A stretch of DNA of 64,000 nt from Candidatus Omnitrophota bacterium. GTDB taxonomy: Bacteria > Omnitrophota > Gorgyraeia > Zapsychrales > Fredricksoniimonadaceae. A program made the translations under genes and the position numbers. Within the stretch, counting starts at the first letter, position 1. Each line of letters opens with the position of its first letter. The notes below the pieces were generated by a model. The model had not been told where the DNA came from, made no database searches, and saw only the letters and a list, made by a program, of their open reading frames with translations. The stretch is from assembly GCA_043742785.1 (NCBI GenBank), contig JAYTXU010000063.1, positions 7,997 to 71,996 on the forward strand. Direction: 5' to 3'. This document shows, piece after piece, positions 31,401 through 37,774 of the stretch.

Positions 31401-31402
31401 GA
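19439..31402 (+). CDS. Giant (3987 aa) multidomain protein: signal peptide, Omnitrophota-type N-terminal domain, clan GH-A glycoside hydrolase domain, FKS1/callose synthase-like GT48 beta-1,3-glucan synthase, GGIDL C-terminus
   Basis: GT48 motifs in order: RLWASYEGQ, EGKPSNQMH, TIDMNQD, IFTGS, HGHPD, SED, EYMQWKKARE, YVVTGRGF, YSKSH, PFIMNP; GH-A motifs VRTY, GNE, AETG, ENFGL. Confidence 0.9.
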   Translation: MTRGKIYKKSIVWLVLVAFLLNTLIGAQPVQADVPFLPAPGQLVPLTASFSSPMICGLKFFKDNPFKFNFVMTQGDQASGENSFNRKVFLKEEASRLVKYFLASLAIPEKDMWVNLSPYDSNRIIPQEFGITEMGKDMLAQDYLLKQVASSVMYPEGSVGKEFWSKIYREAYKRFGTTNIPVAAFNKVWIIPGQATVYEDAIDNTAVITESKLKVMLEEDYLALSKSTIKDHIEKSSDANRQLSNELIREIILPLIEKEVNEGKNFATLRQVYNSLILAFWFKNKLKEGLLAKGYFGQKKVNGVDVNDKNIDQEIYKQYLKSYKKGVYNYIKEELTPTNEVVPRKYFSGGVIFGDYIEKSFAMISGKEAAKAASAVLQNGVVTFEAGVEAIVGDKTRLESSTIGGLRESGLVQDGDTVIRIKLNGVQKYNEKVRKSLIERIIVLKKVFGLYVRPFKRILPAITVGVFLLAAANSASAKGSEDLMQHGSKKAEIKQVVASSIDIQIQKLSEKIGADQNAVDNMSAKGGTLMMNFDKVQKLKAQIKIEKEQLKEIQGAKPKGSVAPQEILPVKNVQPVSVDTHMGSVSIATPSSVDVPGSVVPTVVVPVDHDSNLNVQPQRTAPTTTVATITPTSTGDTPGLIKAPGNQIQPKVLSGDALDHNNLLPDQGAAPTIDTQHGAAAGPGAPPPDQLDQGLNLNTQVSGAPPAAVQVATVTSGISTGSTNMYSSQLDEEAAVKQANLLEEQVLLSQLQKSSADQDALKLKIAEDMQLIQNYHLALPNYKPVPLPYQKAGMTPPIASFTPDNVSIALLDYKINQTLRTIKKPIKNNPFAHGALSMNNNAPFASVPVVSVGVGTSFSIVPDVPFAGLINLTQIVGGLPQLGQQGVMSQVLGPAVAVDILANLRNYVVMHPTKGQDVRYDARMTPFKGVVESLTVHVTPAVSFDQEGHRVEKNLYRVGIVKTLGAVAGKVDSLLGDKGLFGHSSDHFIFQNLGYQIKVDDYHQAFTYQAAVNQDTNTSYINAYNIEDSTTRYRENTHHGWDLVDSSTPLDSHLDYYSATVHGFILHADSTTGTMTGQGDVFTSSTFITDAFAKQIAQQDGQTIVGRSYLSTNSVLVEPISSLKDLNLEKQLSKGVDKNGHLIWGVLRNHLGHIVKLIIDPRELNDTSSLTDDSGNSVRFIPGKAYKASSTTGEIGSTIRDYTIDEFRIVGEVKGMFKKNTVADKYGHYDLSERPQLPELPSELKSLVSGNGLILESSVSLKAIYQTARNYYGVVYFADGRVPAVLTGLKNVKTIGSLDEKNGVTRLPNGLYTLSRFKKNLDGNALVLLDGKKQVIAVVDASDKLKQERIKNLHGENKRIDDHKVTLTTLKDGGIEAEDHRVLDPESGKPQFTIFTKGNTFTPEQTAFNAANPQQIHLERELADLAIKGQAITIPVEGSNRQRWIILEKAPTSQLKRLEQSSQQVAPVRNIKVETLTGPDGKVFHGVTIDTEMFGADDIQKLNSLGATAVRTYYPISKKLAVLLATQTQVKTIIVGIPLNSKAYNPENLSNFWGDTVGDPDERVSLENSSKYISYLKQLAATLDGNAKIVVDLGNELNLHPDWIGVTNNGSDLGRFFRKVDKHATDIKAVLGDSVTTSFTLGDNPIDFVTALTNAPNVQYWGVNSYRGIDGLENDWMKATKEAGVFRPFYVAETGNNSNAGEAVQAEADVHAWKTAEGKMGVSVLLMTLQDNPKKMANNKQENFGLYDQYGKPKAGVRKITEAWGEAATSTTAPILFDDTLTGVNEHYALVRLRSNHPAGTTAEEVVKQLKTERVRVSDLDRLAPALGKLGVEILKIDSQGNTVGRYVKMFGDGYQLWENVSIEANMNKYFQINRNDGKGSEYVSLDDLKSPSTQEAIRQVADEVTMMDMNQHVMARVFLNKNFNGSRIEVLQDNHTSSIFELASFSPTDLSGPVAKTVSINPKDSKDGFLHVITTDLRQVNQGVQVEDVYKPVTGGKPVLLYSDRFLQNNRIYFKDGHEYYSVLIDASHKDGQTVTIDGQTTENVTGIFDFNKDSNSGYHVNLRNLDKNGGFAPIRFTKFKDGQINVDQTGFVKIRQGMDRKAILDNVVRSSVLNMTDVYRYRPDGQIDTREVSFLNNGQWQLNWTLKGADIAVQPVLVSQLSSNQVIAEAFAKYKIDKDTILIETIKTDTDGVVSKDYRILGDILEKKIISVIEQGGGVIKTIVGLNFDNTTGEQILSYTLSSDGQVQSLSRTVPNELSYQQLLPQGVETTYAQFMEKHLNVQGANYWNELEQRGVSRSFVPVVVEEIPFLVQTDKPGANSFKSIEPKIRPLVEAYTKASAQDRPALLKQISDTVRQYHQESNTAHYTQEQGQPTYHYLSPPNDSRGRDYITKTSDGDISLNIWPLEGKGNFPANILPASIVVNQSTGELQRTMVFDHHEKLQFQNFQNEPYELGVNVYKVSDDLSLKEATFTSLGDPISKTTLYQRNRVANGIFGVQTRGEETIAFDPLFPYSLPLAGTLDEDGRLTKATLHLEFSVENGHQKIVETSLVNEPTAPGDFRVKTQTIVDGKPISGTLHEEGTLLGYRKSMEANWKVFAVYPALILGLIISGDLLKKIRFNRIKKALAEEATNAALEETSEPPKEREIVYPSWQEYGFSKGALAVAARRYEGTIVPMLKKESIEDVLKEYFRGYQIWRKQVMGIEEPFIPTIEDLWVMFLRDADNDILNADVPDGLNYLMHKAVEARKINPVAADIGGFIRKEYTRWHNIIEIQQTTFQGLSGGKMKNVVPYDYYFTVEDLNEMFRTRKNVEWYDDLGYSLDRKADRRSSIYNDFIASLREKVKAAKAGIEAMADSVGGNVFRMKRKVADVAEYQEYVQFFTRVQKGEYTVSDNFTSTEISAEQANLLINNKPFIRKTFAESGSWVGKMPLPLRMIKPLAQFIRNSYNQLTYPIILTSTVGAYVAAYDGIIGWGTATLAAAISLVVIKGIYYPLSYLLDRKVNVKSFGKPTDFGAGYKKEKLTSAQKWYRTGFWASVISAKVAWDIFLIHHFLIPHQETIGASYYPVIFGHEIPVNMNLLLMGMQWSTSALFLYVSNFAANYLVKPFFTYIHGSLRGLGTIKESKQILALQKEGILDRLIEQKLLVKGGAGLTDEQRLAARRAIIKLAFDQHRYVRDEVSDEEYKIAIEEGRLDHIKIEDVQKSVTQSVNALLMEMPRMPHPEDNTPITVLSPVFGEDIIYAYNNSVLPTTLDMMLNTGYTNLNFIISKAPQRWKNLIERVRRDKIGTEEEWLRMEALLDQNGLLGEISEDLKMQIRLWASYEGQPFARTLDGLMNIVRWHKLYLKLSFPTWSEEQIRERTNYDVQILWAYQIWGDVLNATDAKPELQLKKKDTLYLLKKYYDELGYLVEIASLQIRNGVSVKVLSRYNPTTEQIEDIADIPNTENKAITLEGKPSNQMHAQTFARNKFRFTIDMNQDLDPLEAMKIPIIIQEFKNKNVALVNTPEMIFTGSFTKTGMFHAISDRTFVTSDKRHMGINTSASHHGHPDVGTDVYDMEDGGLSSTVAVSEDYKRGIRYMLRGRTILNREYMQWKKARELSWTGTDGIWRKFSMGAAQLLLGRYAHWMNKSFGPVAGAGEFYSGPHFYTLNTIAALGFFVYTLNVMIGGISPFTAFPAPAVTTITSVFWIGQALTVIGFTQMALESGFKKAFTTFAKIMPFMAPFYIAHIFTYQAGLLSGLAGLAAYVVTGRGFNRENFEVDKLLKVYSKSHVAIGVIGLTLSGLAYSIWRNETFLLSSVTVLSFLFPAVIPFIMNPGNYPIYGVTVRRSAELFKKNSSSSVKSLKKTIWDEGLAQGNIRKALVDGIPEAVSFGVWFGITAPVALPGLVINKIKGAPEYPGQVQAVVETKEEDKAMLTAQPKEEATSGGIDLSKTTVNVVSLRGSIQIAFDDSDMLHLLLNADGLAPIIYDIKMMTPAMADHFVGLDY

Positions 31403-31423
31403 TTTTAAACGACGGAGGATTAC

Positions 31424-31705
31424 ATGAAAATAAAATTAAGAAAAATATCTACAAAATCGTTTATTCTAATTTTTTCCAGCATAAATGTCATTGCTGGTTT
31501 TATTTTAGGTGCTGTCGTAACGATAGGTTCATTAATCGTTCCTTCTGAACCAGGTTCTGGGCCTGGAGCATGGTCTATTTTAGTTTTTCCTATTCTCAAT
31601 GGTATTTTAGGCTTAGCAGGGGCTTTATTTCTTTCTGGAATGTATAATGTACTTGCTAAATATTTAGGTGGGATTGAATTAGAGTTTGAGACTTTAGAAG
31701 GTTAG
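31424..31705 (+). CDS. Small two-TM protein (DUF3566-like)
   Basis: GGAGG ribosome-binding site; MKIKLRKI start; YNVLAKYLGGIELE C-terminus. Confidence 0.65.
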   Translation: MKIKLRKISTKSFILIFSSINVIAGFILGAVVTIGSLIVPSEPGSGPGAWSILVFPILNGILGLAGALFLSGMYNVLAKYLGGIELEFETLEG

Positions 31706-31733
31706 AATATTCATATCTAGATATTGAGTTTAT

Positions 31734-31764
31734 AAATAGCCGCATAAGGGATAAGCGGCTATTT
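31734..31764. terminator. Intrinsic terminator, possibly bidirectional
   Basis: 10-bp inverted repeat AAATAGCCGC/GCGGCTATTT. Confidence 0.75.
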
Positions 31765-31790
31765 TATTTAGTGGATCTTTTAGGGACTCA

Positions 31791-31819
31791 TTGACGGATA
31801 TTAGGGCTGATGTTAGAAT
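31791..31819 (+). promoter_or_regulatory. Sigma70 promoter upstream of tRNA-Pro
   Basis: TTGACG-17 nt-TAGAAT with a TG extension. Confidence 0.65.
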
Positions 31820-31922
31820 ACGCGATTCAATTGACACAATTTGGACACACAGCACAAATTGTAGAGTTATAAGAAGATTAAAAATGTTGGAAGTTGTTTT
31901 AAATGTATTATTTATTAATTTA

Positions 31923-31996
31923 CGGGGCGTAGCGCAGTTGGCTAGCGCGCAACGTTCGGGACGTTGAGGTCGACGGTTCAAGCCCGTCCGCCCCGA
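31923..31996 (+). tRNA. tRNA-Pro (CGG); CCA not encoded
   Basis: Acceptor stem CGGGGCG/CGCCCCG; anticodon arm CAACG-TTCGGGA-CGTTG; GGTTCAA T arm. Confidence 0.96.
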
Positions 31997-32014
31997 TTTT
32001 ATTTCTACAAACTT

Positions 32015-32284
32015 ATGGTTCGAATCCATGTCATATTTTCCGGCACCGTGCAAGGTGTCGGTTTTCGTTACACCGCCCAACGCTTTGCTGAGGGATTAAA
32101 AATCACAGGATGGGTTAAGAATTTGTCAGATGGCTCTGTCGAGCTTGTCGCTGAAGCTTCACGCGAGCAGCTGGAGAATTTGCTTTATAAACTAGATAAG
32201 CAATTTGAGGCAAGGATTGGCCATAAGGATATTGACTGGCTGGAAGCTAGAAAAACATTTTCAGGGTTTGATATTGCTTATTGA
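32015..32284 (+). CDS. acyP: Acylphosphatase
   Basis: GTVQGVGFRY, GWVKNLSDGSVE; start moved to ATG 32015 because the longer ORF overlaps the tRNA. Confidence 0.93.
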   Translation: MVRIHVIFSGTVQGVGFRYTAQRFAEGLKITGWVKNLSDGSVELVAEASREQLENLLYKLDKQFEARIGHKDIDWLEARKTFSGFDIAY

Positions 32285-32287
32285 TCT

Positions 32288-34282
32288 ATGATACTCGCTC
32301 AAGCTAAAAAAGAAATTCAAGATCTTTGCTTCAAGATAGAAGGGCATAATCATCGCTATTATGTGATTAATCAGCCATCTATTTCAGATGCGGAATATGA
32401 TAGTCTTTTAAAGAGGCTGATTGATTTAGAGGAGAAATATCCTCAGTACAAATCTTCAGTTTCTCCTAGTCAAAGGGTAGGAGCTAAGGTGGAAGGTAAT
32501 TTGCCTACAGTTACACATCCTCTTAAAATGCTTTCTTTGGATAACACCTATTCTGTTGAGGAAATTAAATCATGGTATGAACGGGTGATCAAAGGATTGG
32601 CAGGAGTTAAACCGGCGTTGAGTTTAGAACCAAAAATTGATGGTGTCAGTCTTGCTTTGACCTACCGAGATGGGGATTTAGTTTTAGGAGCAACCCGGGG
32701 GGATGGAAGTGTGGGGGAAAATGTTACACATAATGTAAGAACGATTCGATCGATTCCTTTAAAACTTAAAGGTAAGGTTCCCTCTCTCTTGGAAGTAAGA
32801 GGCGAGGTGTATATGGACAAGGAAGATTTTACCAAGCTTAATTATCAGCGTAAGGAAAATGAAGAAGAACTTTTTGTTAATCCCCGCAATGCAGCCAGCG
32901 GTGCGTTAAAGCTTCTGGATGCAAGGTTAACCAAGGAACGTCATTTAAAGTTTTTTGTTCATTCATTTGGGGTTTTAGAAGGCTCTAAACAGCTTAAAAC
33001 TCAGGTGGAGTTTTTAAAAGAATGTAAGGATTATGGATTTGTTGTTAATTCTCACAGTAAGATCTGCAATTCTTTAGAGGAAATAATTGAATTTTGTCGC
33101 CAGATGCAGAATAAAAGACAGGAGCTCGCCTACGACGTGGATGGTATTGTCATTAAGGTAGATGATTTAAAGAATCAAGCTAAGCTTGGCAGTACGAATA
33201 AGAGTCCAAGATGGGCGGTGGCTTTTAAGTTTCCTGCGTATCAAGCTAGTACGGTTGTTCGTGAAATTTCAGTCCAGGTTGGTCGCTCCGGTGTGATTAC
33301 ACCAGTCGCAGAGCTTGATCCTGTTTTTTGCGGCGGGGTAACTATTTCTAGAGCTACTTTACATAATTTTGATGAAGTTGGTCGCTTAGGGGTTAATGTT
33401 GGGGATAAGGTTTTAATTGAGCGGGCTGGAGATGTTATTCCAAAAATTGTTAAAGTTACTGAGAAACATTCTAAAGGAATATTTTCTACTCCTAAGAAAT
33501 GTCCATCTTGTGGATCAAATATTATTAAGGAAGATTTAAAACAGGTTGATTATCGTTGTGCGAATCTTTCCTGTCCTAAACAATTAGAGATGGGGCTCTT
33601 GCATTTTGCATCCCGTGGAGCGATGGATATTGAAGGTTTAGGTGAGGCAGTGGTGGGGCAGGTTTTAAATCAGGGATTAGTGAAGAAATTCTCTGATGTT
33701 TATCGTCTTCAAAGAGAAGATTTGCTTAAGTTAGATTTGGTTGCTGAGAAAAAGGCAGAAAATCTTTTAAAAGCGATTGAAGGAAGTAAAAAACAATCTT
33801 TATCGCGATTGATTTATGGGTTGGGTATTGCTAATATCGGAGAGAAGACTGCTTCTGTTTTGGCTGAATCCTTTGGTTCTATCGATTCTTTGCGAAAGGC
33901 TACGGAGGAGCAATTAACAGCTATTCGTGAAGTGGGTCCAGTCACAGCAGTTTCTATTGTTAATTATTTTGTTCAGCCTCAGGTACGTGTTTTAATTGAT
34001 GATTTTCAAAGTCTGGGATTAAACATGACAGAGGCAAAGAGACAGAAATCCAATAAGTTTTTGGGTAAGAAATTTGTCTTTACTGGCGAATTAAAAGGTT
34101 TAAGCCGTGATGAGGCAGGAGAAATGGCTAAAAAAGAAGGAGCGGAAGTCGTTTCTTCAGTCAGTTCTGCAACTGATTATGTTGTGGTGGGTGAAAAGCC
34201 GGGTTCTAAACATACAAAGGCGTTACAATTGGGTGTTACAATATTAAATCAAAAACAATTTGAGGAGTTAATCCATGGTTAA
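32288..34282 (+). CDS. ligA: NAD-dependent DNA ligase
   Basis: KIDG adenylation motif, TRGDG, EVRGE, NPRNAA, zinc finger, HhH, BRCT. Confidence 0.97.
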   Translation: MILAQAKKEIQDLCFKIEGHNHRYYVINQPSISDAEYDSLLKRLIDLEEKYPQYKSSVSPSQRVGAKVEGNLPTVTHPLKMLSLDNTYSVEEIKSWYERVIKGLAGVKPALSLEPKIDGVSLALTYRDGDLVLGATRGDGSVGENVTHNVRTIRSIPLKLKGKVPSLLEVRGEVYMDKEDFTKLNYQRKENEEELFVNPRNAASGALKLLDARLTKERHLKFFVHSFGVLEGSKQLKTQVEFLKECKDYGFVVNSHSKICNSLEEIIEFCRQMQNKRQELAYDVDGIVIKVDDLKNQAKLGSTNKSPRWAVAFKFPAYQASTVVREISVQVGRSGVITPVAELDPVFCGGVTISRATLHNFDEVGRLGVNVGDKVLIERAGDVIPKIVKVTEKHSKGIFSTPKKCPSCGSNIIKEDLKQVDYRCANLSCPKQLEMGLLHFASRGAMDIEGLGEAVVGQVLNQGLVKKFSDVYRLQREDLLKLDLVAEKKAENLLKAIEGSKKQSLSRLIYGLGIANIGEKTASVLAESFGSIDSLRKATEEQLTAIREVGPVTAVSIVNYFVQPQVRVLIDDFQSLGLNMTEAKRQKSNKFLGKKFVFTGELKGLSRDEAGEMAKKEGAEVVSSVSSATDYVVVGEKPGSKHTKALQLGVTILNQKQFEELIHG

Positions 34283-34799
34283 ATGCTTTTTAAATCGAAG
34301 AATGTTAATAACTGTTGCAACCATGCTTATTTTTACAATAAGTTTGTCCTCCTGCGAACCTTTACGTAAGAAATTTACACGTAAGAAGAAGCAAGATCAA
34401 AATCAAAGCATTGATTTTCAACCTGTACTTGAACCTCAAGATTATCCAGCACCAGATAAGGATCCTAAACAGATTTATATGCAGCATTACGCGCTTATTA
34501 AAGTTTGGTATAAGGATCTGTGGTCTGGAATTAGCGAGCGTAGTTCCGATGGTGCGGTTAATTACAGTTTAAAGCAGATTTTTGGTCATATTGATCAAGT
34601 AAAGCTTCTTTTGAAAGCAGATAAGGCTCAAGAACTCAATCAATTAGTGGAGTTATTGAAGTTTTATAGAGATTCTTTGGATCAGCCTCGACCTGTGCGT
34701 AATTATTCGCGCATTCAAAGCGATTTACGCGCTTTTGACCGCATGTTGAGGGGGAAATTTCGATATGATGTGATTAAGGATAATTTAATTACTCAATGA
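34275..34799 (+). CDS. Hypothetical lipoprotein
   Basis: Lipobox-like LSSC followed by EPLRKKFTRKKK; overlaps ligA and xerD. Confidence 0.7.
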   Translation: MVKCFLNRRMLITVATMLIFTISLSSCEPLRKKFTRKKKQDQNQSIDFQPVLEPQDYPAPDKDPKQIYMQHYALIKVWYKDLWSGISERSSDGAVNYSLKQIFGHIDQVKLLLKADKAQELNQLVELLKFYRDSLDQPRPVRNYSRIQSDLRAFDRMLRGKFRYDVIKDNLITQ

Positions 34800-35692
34800 A
34801 AGAAATAATTAGTGAGTTCATTAATTATTTAGCCGTTGAACGTGGATTGGCTAAAAACACTTTGTCAGCCTATACGAGAGACTTAGAGAAATATATTAAA
34901 TTTTTATCAGGCAAGAAGATCATAAATCCCAATAGCGTCAGTCGCGAGCAAGTGACTAGTTTTATGATGGATATGAAAAAGAATGGCAGATTATCCGCCA
35001 CTTCTATTTGCAGGCATTTAGCTGCAATTAAAATGTTTCACCGATTCATGGTTCGAGAGAATTTTTCTAAGGAAGATCCAACAACCTTGATTGATACTCC
35101 TAAAACCTTTAAAAGAGTGCCCGAGGTATTAACTCAAAAAGAAATTGAGAATATTCTGCAGGTGGCACAGGATAATGCGAAGGATAAAAGGCACAAAAGA
35201 GATTATGTCATTATAGAGCTTTTTTATGCGTCGGGTATGCGTGTTTCAGAGTTGGTGGATTTAAAGGTGAATAGTGTTAATTTAGATGTTGGTTTTGTTC
35301 GTGCTATGGGTAAGGGTAGTAAGGAAAGAATTATCCCCATTGGCAGAAAAGCTAGAGAAGCTTTGGCATATTATTGTGAGAAAGTAAGGCCAAAGCTATT
35401 AAAAACAGCATCGACGGATAGCTTATTCTTAAGTCAACAAAAGAAAAGAATGAGTCGGCAATGTGTATGGAAAATCATTAAGGATTGTGCGCGCTTAGCT
35501 GGGATTAAAAAAAATATTAAACCACACACGTTAAGACATACTTTTGCCACCCATCTTCTAGAGCATGGGGCGGATTTAAGATCGGTGCAGGAAATGTTGG
35601 GTCATGTAGATATTTCCACGACGCAGATTTATACACATGTGGATCGCGAGCGTTTAAAGAGTGTACATAAAGAATTTCATCCTCGCGGATAG
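34796..35692 (+). CDS. xerD: Site-specific tyrosine recombinase XerD
   Basis: ERGLAKNTLSAYTRDL, YASGMRVSE, GKGSKER, PHTLRHTFATHLL, VQEMLGH, TTQIYTH, HPRG. Confidence 0.93.
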   Translation: MKEIISEFINYLAVERGLAKNTLSAYTRDLEKYIKFLSGKKIINPNSVSREQVTSFMMDMKKNGRLSATSICRHLAAIKMFHRFMVRENFSKEDPTTLIDTPKTFKRVPEVLTQKEIENILQVAQDNAKDKRHKRDYVIIELFYASGMRVSELVDLKVNSVNLDVGFVRAMGKGSKERIIPIGRKAREALAYYCEKVRPKLLKTASTDSLFLSQQKKRMSRQCVWKIIKDCARLAGIKKNIKPHTLRHTFATHLLEHGADLRSVQEMLGHVDISTTQIYTHVDRERLKSVHKEFHPRG

Positions 35693-35698
35693 GTTTTT

Positions 35699-36421
35699 AT
35701 GAAAGATATATTATCCAGGTTAAATAAGAAGTTGTTAAAAATTGTTTCTGACAGCGGAATATTATCCAGTCAGATGGGTTTTCGCGCCTATTTGGTGGGT
35801 GGGCCGGTGAGAGATTTATTATTGAAGCGTCCTAATCTGGATATCGATATTACGGTGGAAGGAAACGCTATGCGTTTGGCTGAAGAGTTTGCAGCAAAGC
35901 ATGAGGGGGCGAAGATTGTCAAATACCCAGCGTTTAAAACAGCAACGGTAACCTTATCCGATGGGCAGATGGTTGATTTTACGACCGCCCGCAAAGAAAC
36001 TTACAGTCGAGGTGGGGTTTTCCCGGCAGTTGTGCCATCAATACTTAAAGACGATCTTTACCGTAGGGACTTTACAATCAACGCGATGGCTGTGGGTATT
36101 AATCCAGAGTCCTGGGGCAAGATCATCGATCCTTTTGGTGGGGAAAAAGATTTAAAAGCAAAGCGGATTCGTATTCTGCATGAGAAGAGTTTTCAGGATG
36201 ATCCTACTCGTATTGTGCGGGCAGCCCGTTTTAAAGCACGATTTGGTTTTAATGTTGATAGAAAGACTATGAAGATTTTAAAAGACGCCGTTGATACTAA
36301 GGCTTTAGAGACAATCAAACCGCAAAGATATATGAAAGAGTTTAATAAGATATTAAAAGAACAAACATCTAGCCAAGCGATTCAATGTTTAAAATTATGG
36401 GAAGCGTATAATCCTCGTTAA
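35699..36421 (+). CDS. tRNA nucleotidyltransferase (short, resembles A-adding enzymes)
   Basis: VGGPVRD, DIDI, ARKETY, DLYRRDFTINA, SFQDDPTR. Confidence 0.85.
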   Translation: MKDILSRLNKKLLKIVSDSGILSSQMGFRAYLVGGPVRDLLLKRPNLDIDITVEGNAMRLAEEFAAKHEGAKIVKYPAFKTATVTLSDGQMVDFTTARKETYSRGGVFPAVVPSILKDDLYRRDFTINAMAVGINPESWGKIIDPFGGEKDLKAKRIRILHEKSFQDDPTRIVRAARFKARFGFNVDRKTMKILKDAVDTKALETIKPQRYMKEFNKILKEQTSSQAIQCLKLWEAYNPR

Positions 36422-36453
36422 TCAAAAGCGAGGGTAAAGGGAGGGTGTTCATT

Positions 36454-36804
36454 ATGCGTATGGATAAGGTTAATGAATTAATTAAGCGTGAACTTGGTAA
36501 TATGATTCTTTTTGGGGATATTAATGACCCAAGAGTCAGTCTTGTTAGCATTATGAGTGTGGATGTTAGTAAGGATCTGCGTTATGCGCGTGTTAAGTTT
36601 AGTGTTTTAAAAGATGATCCTCAAATGATTAAGAATGCCACCGAAGGCCTAGAGAGCTGTCGGGGTTTTATCCGCAAATTAATAGGGCCGCGTTTGAAAT
36701 TACGATATACACCGGAAATTCATTTTTATTTTGATAAGGGTGTTCAATATGCCGCTCAAATTGATATGACATTGGCGGAAATAAAGAAAAATATTCAACA
36801 ATAA
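36454..36804 (+). CDS. rbfA: Ribosome-binding factor A
   Basis: RMDKVNELIKRE, DPR, VSKDLRYARV, LRYTPEIHF; ATG chosen 9 nt after GGAGG. Confidence 0.93.
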   Translation: MRMDKVNELIKRELGNMILFGDINDPRVSLVSIMSVDVSKDLRYARVKFSVLKDDPQMIKNATEGLESCRGFIRKLIGPRLKLRYTPEIHFYFDKGVQYAAQIDMTLAEIKKNIQQ

Positions 36805-36814
36805 GGAAAAACTT

Positions 36815-37774
36815 ATGAGTTCTATAAAAGCGGTTTTAGCAGAGATCAAAAAATATAAAAGTTTTTTAGTAACTACTCATCACACTCCGGATGCCGATGC
36901 CGCTTGTTCAGCCTTGGCCATGGCCTTGGTGTTGAAAAAGATGGGAAAGAAGGCTGTTGTCGTTAATGAAGATGTTTTACCAGTTTGGTTCTATTTCTTA
37001 CCTGGGGCTAAGAATTTTCATAAGAAGGCTAATATTGCTCAAACTTCTTTTGATGCAGTGATTGCTTTAGACTGCGGAGATCTAGAACGCGTTGGTGGAG
37101 TCAGTAAATGGTTTAGTGGACAAAGGGTGATCAATATCGACCATCATATTACCAACGATGCTTTTGGGGATGTGAATTTAGTCTTGGCTCAATCTTCCTC
37201 AACTTGTGAGATTCTTTTTGATTTGTTTAAAGCTGCTCAAGTTAAATTAAATAAGGATTTAGCTGTGCTTTTGTACTCGGGGATTATGACAGATACAGGT
37301 TCCTTCCGTTATGATAATACTACTTCTAAAACTCATGAAATTGTTGCAGAGCTTATGAAATTTGGTTTATCAGCGTCAGATTTGTATCAGCGTCATTATG
37401 TGGGGATTCCATCTAAAGATATTAGAGGGTTTGTGGATGTTATTCATAGTGCTGAGCTTTTATTAAAGAATAAGGTTTATTGTGTACTTTTATCTAAGAA
37501 GATAATGGAAAGTTTTTCTAAAGGTTTTGATTTAAAAGAGAAGATATTTGGATTTTTACGCTCTGTGGAGGGAATTGAAGTTGTTGTAATTTTAAGTGAA
37601 ATGAATTCTAAACAGACACGAATTAATTTACGTAGTCAGAATAGCTTTGATGTAGCTAAGTTAGCTTCTCAATTTAACGGCGGGGGACACAAGAAGGCTG
37701 CAGGAGCAAAAGTAGAAAAAGGGTTGGAAGAATCTAAAAAGAAAATATTAGCCGCTATTAAGAGGAGTATATGA
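36815..37774 (+). CDS. nrnA: DHH-DHHA1 phosphoesterase (NanoRNase/pAp phosphatase)
   Basis: H.TPDADA, LDCG, IDHH, TDTGSF, GGGHKKAAG. Confidence 0.9.
   Translation: MSSIKAVLAEIKKYKSFLVTTHHTPDADAACSALAMALVLKKMGKKAVVVNEDVLPVWFYFLPGAKNFHKKANIAQTSFDAVIALDCGDLERVGGVSKWFSGQRVINIDHHITNDAFGDVNLVLAQSSSTCEILFDLFKAAQVKLNKDLAVLLYSGIMTDTGSFRYDNTTSKTHEIVAELMKFGLSASDLYQRHYVGIPSKDIRGFVDVIHSAELLLKNKVYCVLLSKKIMESFSKGFDLKEKIFGFLRSVEGIEVVVILSEMNSKQTRINLRSQNSFDVAKLASQFNGGGHKKAAGAKVEKGLEESKKKILAAIKRSI

Noticed and set aside
31730-32080. Minus-strand ORF of 116 aa, and the 5' extension of acyP from 31964
   Set aside because: Both overlap tRNA-Pro; acyP more plausibly starts at ATG 32015.
34796-35692. Tyrosine recombinase as the integrase of the accessory region
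   Set aside because: It has housekeeping XerD signatures and lies in a core operon on the other side of the tRNA. No dif site was recognised in the window.
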